Both the position numbers and the translations under genes were made by a program. This document shows positions 17,247 to 27,371 of a stretch of DNA of 32,000 nt, in pieces (position 1 is the first letter of the stretch; every line of letters starts with the position of its first letter). Origin of the DNA: Geotalea daltonii FRC-32 (lineage in GTDB: Bacteria > Desulfobacterota > Desulfuromonadia > Geobacterales > Geobacteraceae). The notes below the pieces were generated by a model. It worked only from the letters and a program-made list of their open reading frames with translations, was not told the DNA's origin and did no database searches. The stretch spans positions 2,940,001-2,972,000 of the forward strand of contig NC_011979.1 in assembly GCF_000022265.1 (NCBI RefSeq). Reading direction: 5' to 3'.

Positions 17247-17837
17247 ATGGTTGAAACCGGTCCGGAAAGAACCTGCATTTTTTGCAGGACCACCAGAGGC
17301 AAACAAGAGTTGCTTCGCTTTGTTCTGTCGCCGGACCGTCTGCTGGTTCCCGACCTTTTGGCCAAGCTTCCCGGTCGGGGTGCTTACACCTGCATGGCCG
17401 TATCCTGTGTGAAGGGTGCTGCTGAAAAAAAACAATTCAGCCGCGCATTCAAGGGGGAGGTCAGGGGGGGCGATGCTGCAGGGCTGGTGAATCAGCTCAG
17501 GACCAGGATGGAGGAGCGGATAGCTTCCTACCTCTCACTGGCTAACAAGGCTGGCAAGGTTTCTTCTGGAACGGATATGGTTCTGGAGCGGATGAAAGAC
17601 CGCCTGCCCGGCTTTCTTTTCATCGCCTCGGACATCTCCGCGGATATTGGACAGAAGGTAAAAACCCAGGCTGAAAGAAACGGGGTTGAATACTGCACCC
17701 TTTTTGATAAAGAGAAGTTAGGTGCATTGATCGGCAAGGAAATGAGAGTTGTAGTGGCAATCCAGGTGGGCGGTTTCATTGGCCCACTCAAGCAGGAGAC
17801 AGCAAAGTTGAGGAACTTCTTCGAGGAGGGACGATAG
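17247..17837 (+). CDS. Fusion protein: YlxR/RnpM (DUF448) domain plus L7Ae/YlxQ-like domain
   Basis: The N-terminal half (ERTCIFCRTTRGKQELLRFV...LPGRGAYTC) is the DUF448/YlxR signature. The C-terminal half (LSLANKAGKVSSGTDMVLERMKD..FLFIASDIS....) looks like L7Ae/YlxQ. The start is ambiguous: ATG 17247 (used here) or GTG 17226, which overlaps the nusA TGA. Confidence 0.85.
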   Translation: MVETGPERTCIFCRTTRGKQELLRFVLSPDRLLVPDLLAKLPGRGAYTCMAVSCVKGAAEKKQFSRAFKGEVRGGDAAGLVNQLRTRMEERIASYLSLANKAGKVSSGTDMVLERMKDRLPGFLFIASDISADIGQKVKTQAERNGVEYCTLFDKEKLGALIGKEMRVVVAIQVGGFIGPLKQETAKLRNFFEEGR

Positions 17838-17840
17838 TAG

Positions 17841-20567
17841 ATGAGTAAAACCCGTGTATACGAGCTGGCACAGCAAATGGGCATCGATAATAAGGAACTG
17901 ATGGCGAAGTTGGCTGCGGTAGGTGTGGAAGTGAAAAACCACATGGCAGCCATTGATGATGCCGACATTAAGAAGCTGAGTGCCCCGGCTACTGTCAAGG
18001 AAGTCTCCCAGGAAGAAGTTCGTGTCAAGCCCACCCTGATCCGTCGCCGGGCCAAGGTTGTGGAAGCTGTTGCCGAAGAACCTCCCGTCGAGCCAAAGGC
18101 GGAACCTGCACCGGCAGAAGTGACCACTGAGAAAGTTGCCGAAAAAGCCAGGGTAGAGGAAGCTCCTGCTCCTGAGGCTCCTGTACAGGCTGCAGAACCT
18201 GTCAAGATCGCAACAGAGGAGGCGGTACCGGAGAGGGCCACTGCAAACAAGGCGAAGATCCTTGGCAGGGTGGAAATTCCCGGATTGACCCAGAGGGCGA
18301 AACCACCGGTGCAACGTGAAGCCCAGCCGACTGCACGGGTCGTTGAAAGGCCAGAAGCACGGCCCTCTGCCGAAAGACCAGCCCCTGGCCAGCGGCCCGA
18401 AGGCCAGAGACCCGGGCAACGACCGGAAGGCGGATATCGTCCCGCCGGACCGCGGCCTGCAGGTCAGCGACCGGAGGGACCGAGACCTGGCTACACCGAA
18501 CGACCTGTCACCCGTGGCCCTGAAAGACCCGGGCAAGCCCGTGGACCTGAGAGGCCGGCTCCTGTCGTGCCATTGGAAATGCCACCCGCTGGTGAAGACA
18601 GGAGAAAAGGGCGCAAAGGGAAAGAAGTCGCCGGCGCCGGTAAAAAAGGTCCTGCAGGTGCCGCTGTACCCAAGCGCAAGGAAGAATTCAAAAAAACCGA
18701 GCTGTTCGAAAAACATGAGAGGGTCTTCGAACCGGGGCCCAGGGGAAAAGGTAAGAAGAGGCAGGCCGAAAAGATCCAGATCGGCAAGAAGACGGAGATT
18801 ACTGTTCCAAAGGCCATCAAGAGGATCATCAAAATATCTGAGACCATCACCGTCGGCGAGCTCGCCAAACGTATGGGAATCAAGGCCAATGATCTTATCC
18901 GCGCCCTGATGAAGATGGGGGTCATGGCCACCATCAACCATGCCCTTGACTTTGACACTGCCACCATCCTTGCCACCGATTTCGGTTATGAGATCGAAAA
19001 TGTGGCCTTGGACATAGATGAAATTCTCGAGTCGACGCCTGATACTCCGGAGAGCCTGGTCAAGAGGCCGCCCGTGGTTACCATCATGGGTCACGTCGAC
19101 CACGGCAAGACATCACTTCTGGATGCTATCCGTCAGACCAACGTCATCGCCGGCGAGGCCGGGGGCATCACCCAGCATATCGGCGCCTACGATGTTACCC
19201 TCAATGGCCGCAAAATAACCTTCCTCGATACTCCGGGTCACGAGGCATTTACCGCCATGCGTGCCCGTGGAGCCAAGGTTACCGACATCGTCATCCTGGT
19301 CGTTGCGGCGGACGACGGGGTCATGCCCCAGACCAGAGAGGCTGTCAATCACTCCAAGGCTGCAGGCGTTCCCATAATTGTTGCCGTCAACAAGATCGAC
19401 AAGCCGGAAGCCAAACCGGAACGGGTCAAACAGGAACTGATGGAACTTGGGCTCGTCTCCGAGGAGTGGGGTGGAGAAACCATTTTTGTCGATGTATCCG
19501 CCAAGAAGAGGGTAAATCTTCCCACATTGCTGGAGATGGTACTGCTTCAGGCCGACGTGCTGGAGCTGAAGGCCAACGAAGATAAGGCCGCCCGTGGAAC
19601 CATCGTTGAAGCCAAGCTGGATAAGGGGCGTGGCCCGGTGGCAACCGTACTGGTTCAGGAAGGTACCCTCAAGGTGGGTGATTACTTTGTTGCCGGTATT
19701 CATTTCGGCAGGGTACGGGCCATGCAGAACGACCGCGCCGAAAAAGTGCTCTCAGCAGGTCCCTCAATGCCGGTGGAAGTGATCGGCTTTACCGGCGTAC
19801 CCGATGCCGGCGATGTTTTTGTGGCCCTGGCCGATGAAAAGCAGGCCAAGGAGATCGCCAGCCTCCGCCAGCAGAAGGTCCGGGAAACCGAGCTTGCCAA
19901 ACACAGCAAGCTGTCTCTGGAACAGCTCTACGAAAAAATCCAGATGGGCGAGGTCAAGGATCTCAATACCATCGTCAAGGGTGACGTCCAGGGGTCGGTG
20001 GAAGCTGTATCAGAATCCCTGCGCAAACTTTCCACCGATGCCATCCGTCTCAATGTCATTCACGCTTCGGTCGGCGCCATTACCGAGACCGATGTCAACC
20101 TGGCAACGGCAAGCAACGCCATCATCCTCGGCTTCAACGTCCGACCCGAGGTCAAGGCACAGGCACTTGCAGAGAAGGAAGGGGTCGATATCCGCCTCTA
20201 TAACATCATCTATGATGCCGTGGATGATATCAAAAAGGCCATGGAAGGCCTGCTTGAGCCGACCCTGAGGGAAAAATTCCTTGGCCGCGCCGAGGTCAGG
20301 GAAACCTTCTCAGTGCCTAAACACGGCACCGTTGCCGGTTCTTATGTCCTGGACGGTAAAATGATCAGAAATTCCCAAGTCCGCCTGCTTCGTGACAACG
20401 TGGTGGTTTTCGAAGGGAAAATGGGCAGCCTGCGCCGCTTCAAGGACGATGTTAAAGAGGTTGCCTCGGGCTACGAATGCGGCATTTCCATCGAAAACTA
20501 CAATGATATCAAGGTGGGCGACATCATAGAATCCTTCGAGATGGAGAAGGTTGCCACCAAGCTCTGA
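17841..20567 (+). CDS. infB: Translation initiation factor IF-2
   Basis: 908 aa. G-domain motifs [20 protein letters not shown] and NKID are present. The C-terminal domains are conserved, and the N-terminal linker is variable and Pro/Arg/Gly/Glu-rich. Confidence 0.97.
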   Translation: MSKTRVYELAQQMGIDNKELMAKLAAVGVEVKNHMAAIDDADIKKLSAPATVKEVSQEEVRVKPTLIRRRAKVVEAVAEEPPVEPKAEPAPAEVTTEKVAEKARVEEAPAPEAPVQAAEPVKIATEEAVPERATANKAKILGRVEIPGLTQRAKPPVQREAQPTARVVERPEARPSAERPAPGQRPEGQRPGQRPEGGYRPAGPRPAGQRPEGPRPGYTERPVTRGPERPGQARGPERPAPVVPLEMPPAGEDRRKGRKGKEVAGAGKKGPAGAAVPKRKEEFKKTELFEKHERVFEPGPRGKGKKRQAEKIQIGKKTEITVPKAIKRIIKISETITVGELAKRMGIKANDLIRALMKMGVMATINHALDFDTATILATDFGYEIENVALDIDEILESTPDTPESLVKRPPVVTIMGHVDHGKTSLLDAIRQTNVIAGEAGGITQHIGAYDVTLNGRKITFLDTPGHEAFTAMRARGAKVTDIVILVVAADDGVMPQTREAVNHSKAAGVPIIVAVNKIDKPEAKPERVKQELMELGLVSEEWGGETIFVDVSAKKRVNLPTLLEMVLLQADVLELKANEDKAARGTIVEAKLDKGRGPVATVLVQEGTLKVGDYFVAGIHFGRVRAMQNDRAEKVLSAGPSMPVEVIGFTGVPDAGDVFVALADEKQAKEIASLRQQKVRETELAKHSKLSLEQLYEKIQMGEVKDLNTIVKGDVQGSVEAVSESLRKLSTDAIRLNVIHASVGAITETDVNLATASNAIILGFNVRPEVKAQALAEKEGVDIRLYNIIYDAVDDIKKAMEGLLEPTLREKFLGRAEVRETFSVPKHGTVAGSYVLDGKMIRNSQVRLLRDNVVVFEGKMGSLRRFKDDVKEVASGYECGISIENYNDIKVGDIIESFEMEKVATKL

Positions 20568-20601
20568 GAGATTCACCAGAGACAAACAGAGGAGTTCAAG
20601 G

Positions 20602-20973
20602 TTGTTCAAACGTTCTGAAAAAGTAGCAGAAGCGGTCCATGAGCTGGTCTCCGAGTTGCTGGTCAAGGGACTCAAAGACCCGAGGATCGGCTTTGTCACT
20701 ATTACCGGGGTGAAGGTGACCGATGACATGCACCTTGCCACCATATACTTTACGGTAATCGGCAGCGATGAAGAAAAGAAGGCTACTGAGCAGGGGCTGA
20801 ACAGCGCCCGGGGCTTTATCCGCAAGGAGATGGGAAAAAGCTTCCGCATGCGCTATGTCCCGGACATTGTCTTCAAATACGATGCATCAGTGGAATATGG
20901 CTCACGCATTGAATCGATACTCAAGGAAATCGGCTCACCGGAACACGATGATAATGATAAAGAGAATAGCTGA
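20602..20973 (+). CDS. rbfA: Ribosome-binding factor A
   Basis: (M)FKRSEKVAEAVHELVSELLVKGLKDPRIGFVTITGVKVTDDMHLATIYF... is typical RbfA. I prefer the TTG start at 20602, 7 nt after GAGGAG (20589-20594). The ORF-track start at 20551 lies inside infB. Confidence 0.88.
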   Translation: MFKRSEKVAEAVHELVSELLVKGLKDPRIGFVTITGVKVTDDMHLATIYFTVIGSDEEKKATEQGLNSARGFIRKEMGKSFRMRYVPDIVFKYDASVEYGSRIESILKEIGSPEHDDNDKENS

Positions 20974-21910
20974 AGAAATTGCAGCCCTGAATTCGTTCCT
21001 CATTACCACCCATGAAAGTCCCGATGGCGACGCCGTCGGTTCAAGTCTGGCCCTGGCTCGCTATTTAACCTGCCTCGGCAAGGATGTAACCGTTTATCTC
21101 TGCGATCCGGTGCCCGATGTCTACCAGTTCCTGCCAATGGCCGAAAGGGTCGTCCAGGAGCTTCCCGACCGTTCATTCGACGCCTGCTTTGTCCTGGACG
21201 TGGGTGAATTCAGGCGTGCCGGCAAAGCCATTACCGATTGCCGGACCATCGGCAAGTTCATCAACATTGATCATCACCTTAACTGTGAAGATTTCGGCGA
21301 AATCAATTATGTGGACACGACTGCCTGTGCAACCGGTGCCCTTGTCTACCGCATCATAGAAGCGGCAGGTCACGAGATGGATTACGATATCGCTCTCTGC
21401 ATCTATACTGCAGTAATTACCGATACCGGTTCCTTCCGTTACTCCAATGCCAATCCTGAAGCCTTTGCCATTGCTGCCAAAATGGTTGAAAAGGGAATCA
21501 ATGCCTGGGATGTGGCTGAAAAGCTCTATGAGAGTCAGCCACAGAACCGCCTGCAACTTCTTGCCATGGCACTGGCCACCCTGTCGTTTTCACCTTTTGG
21601 CGATTATGCATCCATCGCCGTCACCCTGGACATGTACCAAAAATGCAATGCCAATGCCGAGCTGACCGACGGCTTCGTCAACTATCCCCGCTCGATCAAG
21701 GGGGTCGAGGTGGCCATCTTCTTCCGGGAGATCAGAGACGGGCTGTTCAAGGTCGGCTTCCGTTCCAAGGGCAAGGTGGATGTTTCGGCTCTTGCCGCTG
21801 CCTTTTCCGGCGGGGGACACCACAACGCTGCCGGTTGCACCATTGAAGGTTCGCTGCCAGTCGTCAAAGAGAAGGTGTTCACCCTTCTTGAAAAATTCCT
21901 TCGCAAATGA
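20948..21910 (+). CDS. nrnA: DHH/DHHA1-family phosphoesterase (NrnA-like oligoribonuclease / pAp phosphatase)
   Basis: Motifs HESPDGDAVGS, NIDHH, TDTGSFRYSN and GGGHHNAAG (DHHA1). The start is ATG 20948 or 20954, overlapping the rbfA 3' end. The earlier ORF-track start has no support. Confidence 0.85.
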   Translation: MIMIKRIAEEIAALNSFLITTHESPDGDAVGSSLALARYLTCLGKDVTVYLCDPVPDVYQFLPMAERVVQELPDRSFDACFVLDVGEFRRAGKAITDCRTIGKFINIDHHLNCEDFGEINYVDTTACATGALVYRIIEAAGHEMDYDIALCIYTAVITDTGSFRYSNANPEAFAIAAKMVEKGINAWDVAEKLYESQPQNRLQLLAMALATLSFSPFGDYASIAVTLDMYQKCNANAELTDGFVNYPRSIKGVEVAIFFREIRDGLFKVGFRSKGKVDVSALAAAFSGGGHHNAAGCTIEGSLPVVKEKVFTLLEKFLRK

Positions 21911-22866
21911 TCGATGGCTTTATCGTAGTTGACAAGCCAATCGGCGTGACATCCCACGACGTGGTCGGCATGGTGCGCCGGATGGCCGGACAGAAGAAGG
22001 TCGGTCATACCGGCACCCTCGATCCTTTCGCCACGGGTGTACTACCGGTGGCCCTTGGTGAAGGTACCAAGGCCATTACCTTTCTGGACGAAGGGGTCAA
22101 GGAGTACCAGGCGGTGATGATGCTGGGTACAGCTACCGATACCCAGGATTGCACCGGTAACGTTACCAGCAGCAGTGACTGTTCGGCCATAACAGAACAG
22201 GCCGTCGCGGAAGTATGTCTTTCCATGGTCGGTAAGCAGAGCCAGCTGCCCCCCATGTTCTCCGCCCTGAAAAAAAATGGCGTTCCCCTGTACAAACTGG
22301 CCAGGCAGGGAACAGAGGTGGAACGTGAGGCTAGGGGAATAGAAATATTTTCCCTGGTCATTGACCGGATGAATCTCCCCCAGGTGAGTTTCACCGTCAG
22401 GTGTTCCCGCGGTACCTATGTGAGGACCCTGGCCCACGATATCGGTCTGAAGCTTGGTTGCGGCGCTCACCTGGTGCAACTTCGCCGAACCACGAGCGGC
22501 CCGTTTACCATTCAGGATGCCGTTACTCCCGATCTTCTGCAGGAGCGTCTTAAACTGGGCGTAAATGCTGTGGGACTGGTCTCTCCCTATGCCGCTCTTG
22601 CCCATTTACCAGACCTTGTTTTATCGGAAAAGGGTGCAGCCAGGGTGATGTGCGGCATTGCCCCTGCAGATAACGATTTTCTGACGATCCCCGACGAAAT
22701 AGGCCATGGTCAACTGGTCCGGCTGTCCATCGGCGGGGGGCTTTTGGCAGTAGCCGAGGCAGTACTTCCGCCAGGCACCGGGGAACAGTTGTCTTTTAGG
22801 CTTTCCAGGGTATTTAATCTTGATAATTCCTTTACAGATCAAAGGGTTTGTGGTAATAGTATCTAG
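21907..22866 (+). CDS. truB: tRNA pseudouridine(55) synthase TruB
   Basis: MIDGFIVVDKPIGVTSHDVV...GHTGTLDPFATGVL contains the catalytic Asp motif. ATGA overlap with the preceding gene. 319 aa. Confidence 0.95.
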   Translation: MIDGFIVVDKPIGVTSHDVVGMVRRMAGQKKVGHTGTLDPFATGVLPVALGEGTKAITFLDEGVKEYQAVMMLGTATDTQDCTGNVTSSSDCSAITEQAVAEVCLSMVGKQSQLPPMFSALKKNGVPLYKLARQGTEVEREARGIEIFSLVIDRMNLPQVSFTVRCSRGTYVRTLAHDIGLKLGCGAHLVQLRRTTSGPFTIQDAVTPDLLQERLKLGVNAVGLVSPYAALAHLPDLVLSEKGAARVMCGIAPADNDFLTIPDEIGHGQLVRLSIGGGLLAVAEAVLPPGTGEQLSFRLSRVFNLDNSFTDQRVCGNSI

Positions 22867-22934
22867 CTTAATCCTATATGTTGCTTGTAAATCAAGCTAA
22901 AATCCTAATCTCAAAGACAAAGGGGGTGTAGTAA

Positions 22935-23201
22935 ATGTTGGCAACGGACAAGAAACAGGAAATCATAGGTGCGTACAAACTCCATGACAGCGATACCGGG
23001 TCTCCGGAGGTTCAGATAGCAATCCTCACCGAGCGCATCACCTATCTGACTGAGCACTTCAAGACCCACAAAAAGGATCACCACAGCCGTCGTGGGCTTC
23101 TGAAGATCGTCGGTCAAAGAAGGGGACTGCTTGATTACCTCAAGAAGAAAGATGTGGAAAGATACAGAAGCATTATTGAAAAGCTTGGTATAAGAAGGTA
23201 A
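22935..23201 (+). CDS. rpsO: 30S ribosomal protein S15
   Basis: 88 aa. ...[50 protein letters not shown]... is unmistakably S15. AAGGGGG RBS. Confidence 0.97.
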   Translation: MLATDKKQEIIGAYKLHDSDTGSPEVQIAILTERITYLTEHFKTHKKDHHSRRGLLKIVGQRRGLLDYLKKKDVERYRSIIEKLGIRR

Positions 23202-23204
23202 GAG

Positions 23205-23246
23205 AAGGCAGTATACCTCTTCCGGGGTATATTGCCTTTATTTTTT
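23205..23246 (+). terminator. Rho-independent terminator after rpsO
   Basis: AAGGCAGTATACC (23205-23217) pairs with GGTATATTGCCTT (23226-23238): a 13-bp stem with one G-U pair. TATTTTTT follows. Confidence 0.7.
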
Positions 23247-23399
23247 CTCTCAAAATGGGCTGTAATGGCCCTTTTATTTTGTTGGGGGCGTGGATAAACA
23301 AGTCATTGACCGGTTGTGAAAAACATCCGCAGCGGTTTTCAATGACTTCTTTATCGGCGGCCCCAACAGTCAACGAAAAGGCTAGGAGACCGAACGAAA

Positions 23400-25490
23400 A
23401 TGGAAACTAAAGTACAGGTTGAATGTGGTGGAAGAACCATCACCATAGAAACAGGCAAGATGGCCAAACAGGCCAGTGGCGCCGTGGTTGTCAGCAGCGG
23501 CGATACCAGGGTTTTGGTGACAGCAGTTGCCACCAAAACTGCCAAGGAAGGGCAGGATTTCTTTCCCCTTACCGTCAATTACCAGGAAAAAGCATATGCC
23601 GGGGGCAAGATTCCCGGCGGGTTCTTCAAACGTGAAGCGCGTCCTTCAGACAACGAGACCCTGACCTGCAGGCTCATCGACCGTCCGATCCGACCGCTCT
23701 TTCCGGATAATTTCCTCAATGACACCCAGATCATGGCCACGGTCATCTCTGCCGACAAGGACAATGATCCGGGTATTCTCTCCATGGTTGGCGCTTCCGC
23801 TGCCCTGATGGTTTCGGACATCCCCTTCCAGGGGCCGATCGCCGGGGTGAAGGTGGGCAGGATCGACGGCCGTTTCGTCGCCAATCCTGGTTTCGAGGAG
23901 ATGGAGAAGAGCGACATAGAAATAGTTGTGGCAGCAAGCAAAGACGCCATCATCATGGTTGAAGGAAGCGCAGCAGAGGTTTCGGAAGAGGATATGCTGG
24001 AGGCCATTTTCTTCGGTCACGCAGCCATTCAGGGTCTTTTGGCCGCCCAGGTGGAACTGGCCGAAAAAGCCGGCGTTGCCAAGCGTGAGGTTCTTCCCCC
24101 GGTTGTAAACGAAGCGCTGAAAGCCAAGGTAAAGGAACTGGCCTATTCCCGCATGAAAGAAGCCGTGAGGATCAAATCCAAGGTTGAGCGGCACAATACG
24201 ATAGATACCATCACCGGAGAGGTTCTGACTGCCCTGGCCGAAGAATTCGAAGGTGCTGCAAAAGAAATCAAGGGTTTCCTTGGCGATTTCGAATACGATC
24301 TTGTGCGTGAGCACATCATCAAGGACGGCGAGCGCATCGACGGTCGGGACACCAAGACCATCCGCCAGATAACCACCGAGGTCGGCTTGCTTCCCAGAGC
24401 CCATGGTTCGGCCCTTTTCACCAGAGGAGAGACACAGGCCCTGGTTGTGGCTACGCTTGGTACATCCATCGACGAGCAGCGCATCGACTCCCTGTTCGGC
24501 GAGAGCAAGAAGCGCTTCCTCCTCCACTATAACTTCCCGCCGTTCTCCGTTGGTGAGACCAGCTTCCGTCTCGCTCCGGGGCGCAGGGAAATCGGCCACG
24601 GCATGTTGGCCGAACGGGCTCTTGCCAGGGTAGTGCCCAAGCATGAGAGCTTCCCTTACACCATCAGGATCGTTTCCGACATTCTGGAGAGCAACGGCTC
24701 TTCATCCATGGCCTCCGTCTGTGGTGGCTCCATGTCCATGATGGATGCCGGCATCCCCATCAAGGCTCCTGTTGCCGGCATTGCCATGGGCCTCATCAAG
24801 GAAGGTGACGACTTCGCCATTCTTTCCGACATTCTCGGTGACGAGGATCATCTGGGGGACATGGATTTCAAGGTTGCCGGAACTTCAACCGGTGTTACCG
24901 CCCTGCAGATGGACATCAAGATCGGCGGCGTCACTCGCGAGATAATGGGCGTTGCCCTCAAGCAGGCCCATGAAGGACGTCTGCATATCCTGAGCAAAAT
25001 GGCCGAAACCATCGGTACCTCCAAGGCCGAGCTTTCCACCTTCGCACCGCGCATCACCACCATCTATGTGAAGACCGACAAGATCCGCGACGTCATCGGT
25101 TCCGGTGGCAAAAACATCCGCGGCATAACCGAGGCCACCGGCGTCACCATCGACATCGACGACACCGGCAAGATCAATATCGCCAGTACCGATAAGGCTG
25201 CCTGCGACATGGCTATCAAAATGATCAGGGATCTGACCGCCGAGGCCGAAGAAGGCAAGCTCTACATGGGCCTGGTGAAAAAAGTCATGGAATTCGGCGC
25301 CTTTGTCGAGATATTCCCCGGCACCGACGGCCTGGTTCACATCTCCGAGCTGGATACGGAGCGAGTCAAGAACGTCACCGACGTCCTCAAGGAAGGGGAC
25401 AAGGTACTGGTGAAATGCATCGGCATTGACAAACAGGGTAAGATCAAACTGTCCCGGAAAGAAGCATTGGGCGCCAGCCTGCCCGAGTAG
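23400..25490 (+). CDS. pnp: Polyribonucleotide nucleotidyltransferase (PNPase)
   Basis: 696 aa. Two RNase PH-like domains (e.g. [27 protein letters not shown]), a KH domain ([12 protein letters not shown]) and an S1 domain ([17 protein letters not shown]...GLVHISEL). Confidence 0.97.
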   Translation: METKVQVECGGRTITIETGKMAKQASGAVVVSSGDTRVLVTAVATKTAKEGQDFFPLTVNYQEKAYAGGKIPGGFFKREARPSDNETLTCRLIDRPIRPLFPDNFLNDTQIMATVISADKDNDPGILSMVGASAALMVSDIPFQGPIAGVKVGRIDGRFVANPGFEEMEKSDIEIVVAASKDAIIMVEGSAAEVSEEDMLEAIFFGHAAIQGLLAAQVELAEKAGVAKREVLPPVVNEALKAKVKELAYSRMKEAVRIKSKVERHNTIDTITGEVLTALAEEFEGAAKEIKGFLGDFEYDLVREHIIKDGERIDGRDTKTIRQITTEVGLLPRAHGSALFTRGETQALVVATLGTSIDEQRIDSLFGESKKRFLLHYNFPPFSVGETSFRLAPGRREIGHGMLAERALARVVPKHESFPYTIRIVSDILESNGSSSMASVCGGSMSMMDAGIPIKAPVAGIAMGLIKEGDDFAILSDILGDEDHLGDMDFKVAGTSTGVTALQMDIKIGGVTREIMGVALKQAHEGRLHILSKMAETIGTSKAELSTFAPRITTIYVKTDKIRDVIGSGGKNIRGITEATGVTIDIDDTGKINIASTDKAACDMAIKMIRDLTAEAEEGKLYMGLVKKVMEFGAFVEIFPGTDGLVHISELDTERVKNVTDVLKEGDKVLVKCIGIDKQGKIKLSRKEALGASLPE

Positions 25491-25529
25491 CGGCTGGTAA
25501 TTTCCCGATTACGGTGTATAGTTCTTACC

Positions 25530-26786
25530 ATGATAAAAAAAACCACCCTTAAAAACGGCGTACGTGTCATTTCAGAGGCACTGCCTAACCTAAGCTCAGT
25601 ATCGATCGGAATCTGGGTCGCCAACGGCTCCCGCCATGAACGGCGGGAGTCGAACGGCGTCGCCCACTTCATAGAGCATCTCCTGTTCAAGGGAACAACC
25701 AACCGCACCGCCCTCGACATCGCCCGGGAAATAGACTCGGTCGGGGGCATCCTCAATGCCTTCACCAGCCGCGAATATGTCTGCTACTATGCAAAAGTGC
25801 TGGACCGGTTTCTGCCCAAGGCGGTGGACATCCTTGCCGACATCTTCACCAATTCCATCTTCGATCCCGAAGAGATCGAAAAAGAACGGAAGGTCATCCT
25901 CCAGGAAATAAACATGGTGGAGGACAACCCCGAGGATTTGGTCCACGATCTTTTCCACCAGAAATTCTGGAAACACCACCCCCTCGGCATGTCCATCCTG
26001 GGAGACCAGCAATCGGTATCCGGTCTGACACGGGAAAAGATCATCGGCTTCAAGGACCGCATGTACCGGGCTGAAGACATCATTATCGCTGCCGCCGGCA
26101 ATGTGGATCACCAGGAACTGCTGGCTCTGCTGGAGAAAAATCTCCCCCGGATTGCCACCGGCAACGGCCGGGAAACTTCGACCGAACCGGTGCATAAAAA
26201 GCGCATCGAGACAGTGGAGCGGGACCTGGAACAGGTGCATATGTGTCTTGGTATCCGCGGCCTGCCCCAGAATCACCCCCGGCGTTTCGACGCCTTCGTC
26301 ATGAATACCATCCTCGGCGGCAGCATGAGTTCCCGCCTCTTTCAAGAGGTGAGGGAGAAACGCGGCCTTGCCTACTCCATATACTCTTACATGGCTTCCC
26401 ATGCCGATACCGGCTCCCTGGTCATCTACGCCGGGTCGGGACCGGGCCACTACCGCGAGGTGATGGAACTGTCCCTTGGGGAGCTGAAACGGCTGAAAAG
26501 GGAACCGGTGCCCCAGGTGGAGCTGGATGCGGCCAGAGAGCAGCTTAAAGGCAACATGATCCTTTCCCTGGAAAGCAGCGACAATCGCATGTCCAAGCTG
26601 GCCAAGAACGAGATCTATTTTGGCCAATATCAGCCCCTCGACGCCATCATCGCAGGCTTCGACTTGGTCACCACCGACTCCATCATGGAGATTGCAGGTC
26701 AACTACTGGACGACGATTACCTGACACTAGTGATGCTGGGCAAGGTGGAAGGCGGCCACACCTTTTCGAACATTACCCTTCAATAA
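25530..26786 (+). CDS. M16-family (pitrilysin/insulinase-like) zinc peptidase
   Basis: 418 aa. It has the inverted zinc motif HFIEHLLFKG (HxxEH), a downstream ...EINMVEDNPED region, and the typical two-domain length. Confidence 0.9.
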   Translation: MIKKTTLKNGVRVISEALPNLSSVSIGIWVANGSRHERRESNGVAHFIEHLLFKGTTNRTALDIAREIDSVGGILNAFTSREYVCYYAKVLDRFLPKAVDILADIFTNSIFDPEEIEKERKVILQEINMVEDNPEDLVHDLFHQKFWKHHPLGMSILGDQQSVSGLTREKIIGFKDRMYRAEDIIIAAAGNVDHQELLALLEKNLPRIATGNGRETSTEPVHKKRIETVERDLEQVHMCLGIRGLPQNHPRRFDAFVMNTILGGSMSSRLFQEVREKRGLAYSIYSYMASHADTGSLVIYAGSGPGHYREVMELSLGELKRLKREPVPQVELDAAREQLKGNMILSLESSDNRMSKLAKNEIYFGQYQPLDAIIAGFDLVTTDSIMEIAGQLLDDDYLTLVMLGKVEGGHTFSNITLQ

Positions 26787-26792
26787 TTATCC

Positions 26793-27242
26793 ATGAATTC
26801 AATTAACGTAAAAATCAAACGCATCAGGCCTGAAAAAGGCAATCCGCTTCCCCGGTACATGACTGCCCATGCCGCAGGAGTGGATCTTTGCGCCGACCTG
26901 GACCAGGAGCTGGTGCTTGAACCGGGGGAGAGAACCCTGGTCCCCACCGGCATTGCCATCGAGCTGCCGGAAGGTTATGAAGCGCAGATCAGGCCCCGTA
27001 GCGGCCTGGCCCTGAAACACGGCATTTCCCTTGTCAATTCGCCTGGCACCATCGATGCCGATTATCGTGGGGAGATCGGGGTGATTGTCATCAACCACGG
27101 CAATGAGCCGTTCGTCATCAGCAACAACGAACGGATTGCACAGATGGTCTTCGCACCCTTTACCCGTGCCGTCTTTCAGGATGTCGCCGAACTTGGAGAG
27201 ACAGCGCGGGGAGAAGGCGGCTTTGGCCACACCGGTAGATGA
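26793..27242 (+). CDS. dut: dUTP diphosphatase (dUTPase)
   Basis: 149 aa. Motifs [27 protein letters not shown] and the C-terminal [10 protein letters not shown]. Confidence 0.95.
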
Positions 27243-27371
27243 TACCTCCCTCAATCTTCCCTGCTGCCGTAGGGGGAAGCGATCGTAAGCGAGCAGGGGG
27301 GAAGTAGGTCGTTCCGGCAAACAAGCATCGTTTTCGGATGGAAAATAGATAACTGGCAGTCGGGAGGTCAT

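Noticed and set aside
18300-18600. Degenerate tandem repeats ([33 protein letters not shown]...) that look like a DNA repeat array
   Set aside because: The repeat is in frame within infB and corresponds to the variable, low-complexity N-terminal linker common in bacterial IF-2 proteins. It is not a CRISPR or intergenic repeat. The units are irregular and there are no spacers.
17718-19103. 461-aa - strand ORF, plus 197-aa and 161-aa alternative-frame ORFs over the 5' third of infB
   Set aside because: They are antisense or out of frame relative to IF-2. Their sequences are Arg/Pro/Ser/Gly/Leu-rich low complexity, produced by the repetitive Pro/Arg/Gly/Glu-coding linker of infB. They have no independent start context.
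22861-22934. Near-direct repeat AGCTTAATCCTA / AGCTAAAATCCTAA and a small GCTTG...CAAGC hairpin upstream of rpsO; possible promoter or operator
   Set aside because: I could not fit convincing -35/-10 hexamers at a proper spacing (TTGCTT needs a 19-nt spacer to reach TAATCT). The repeats are short and A/T-rich, so chance occurrence is likely. The evidence is too weak to call a feature.
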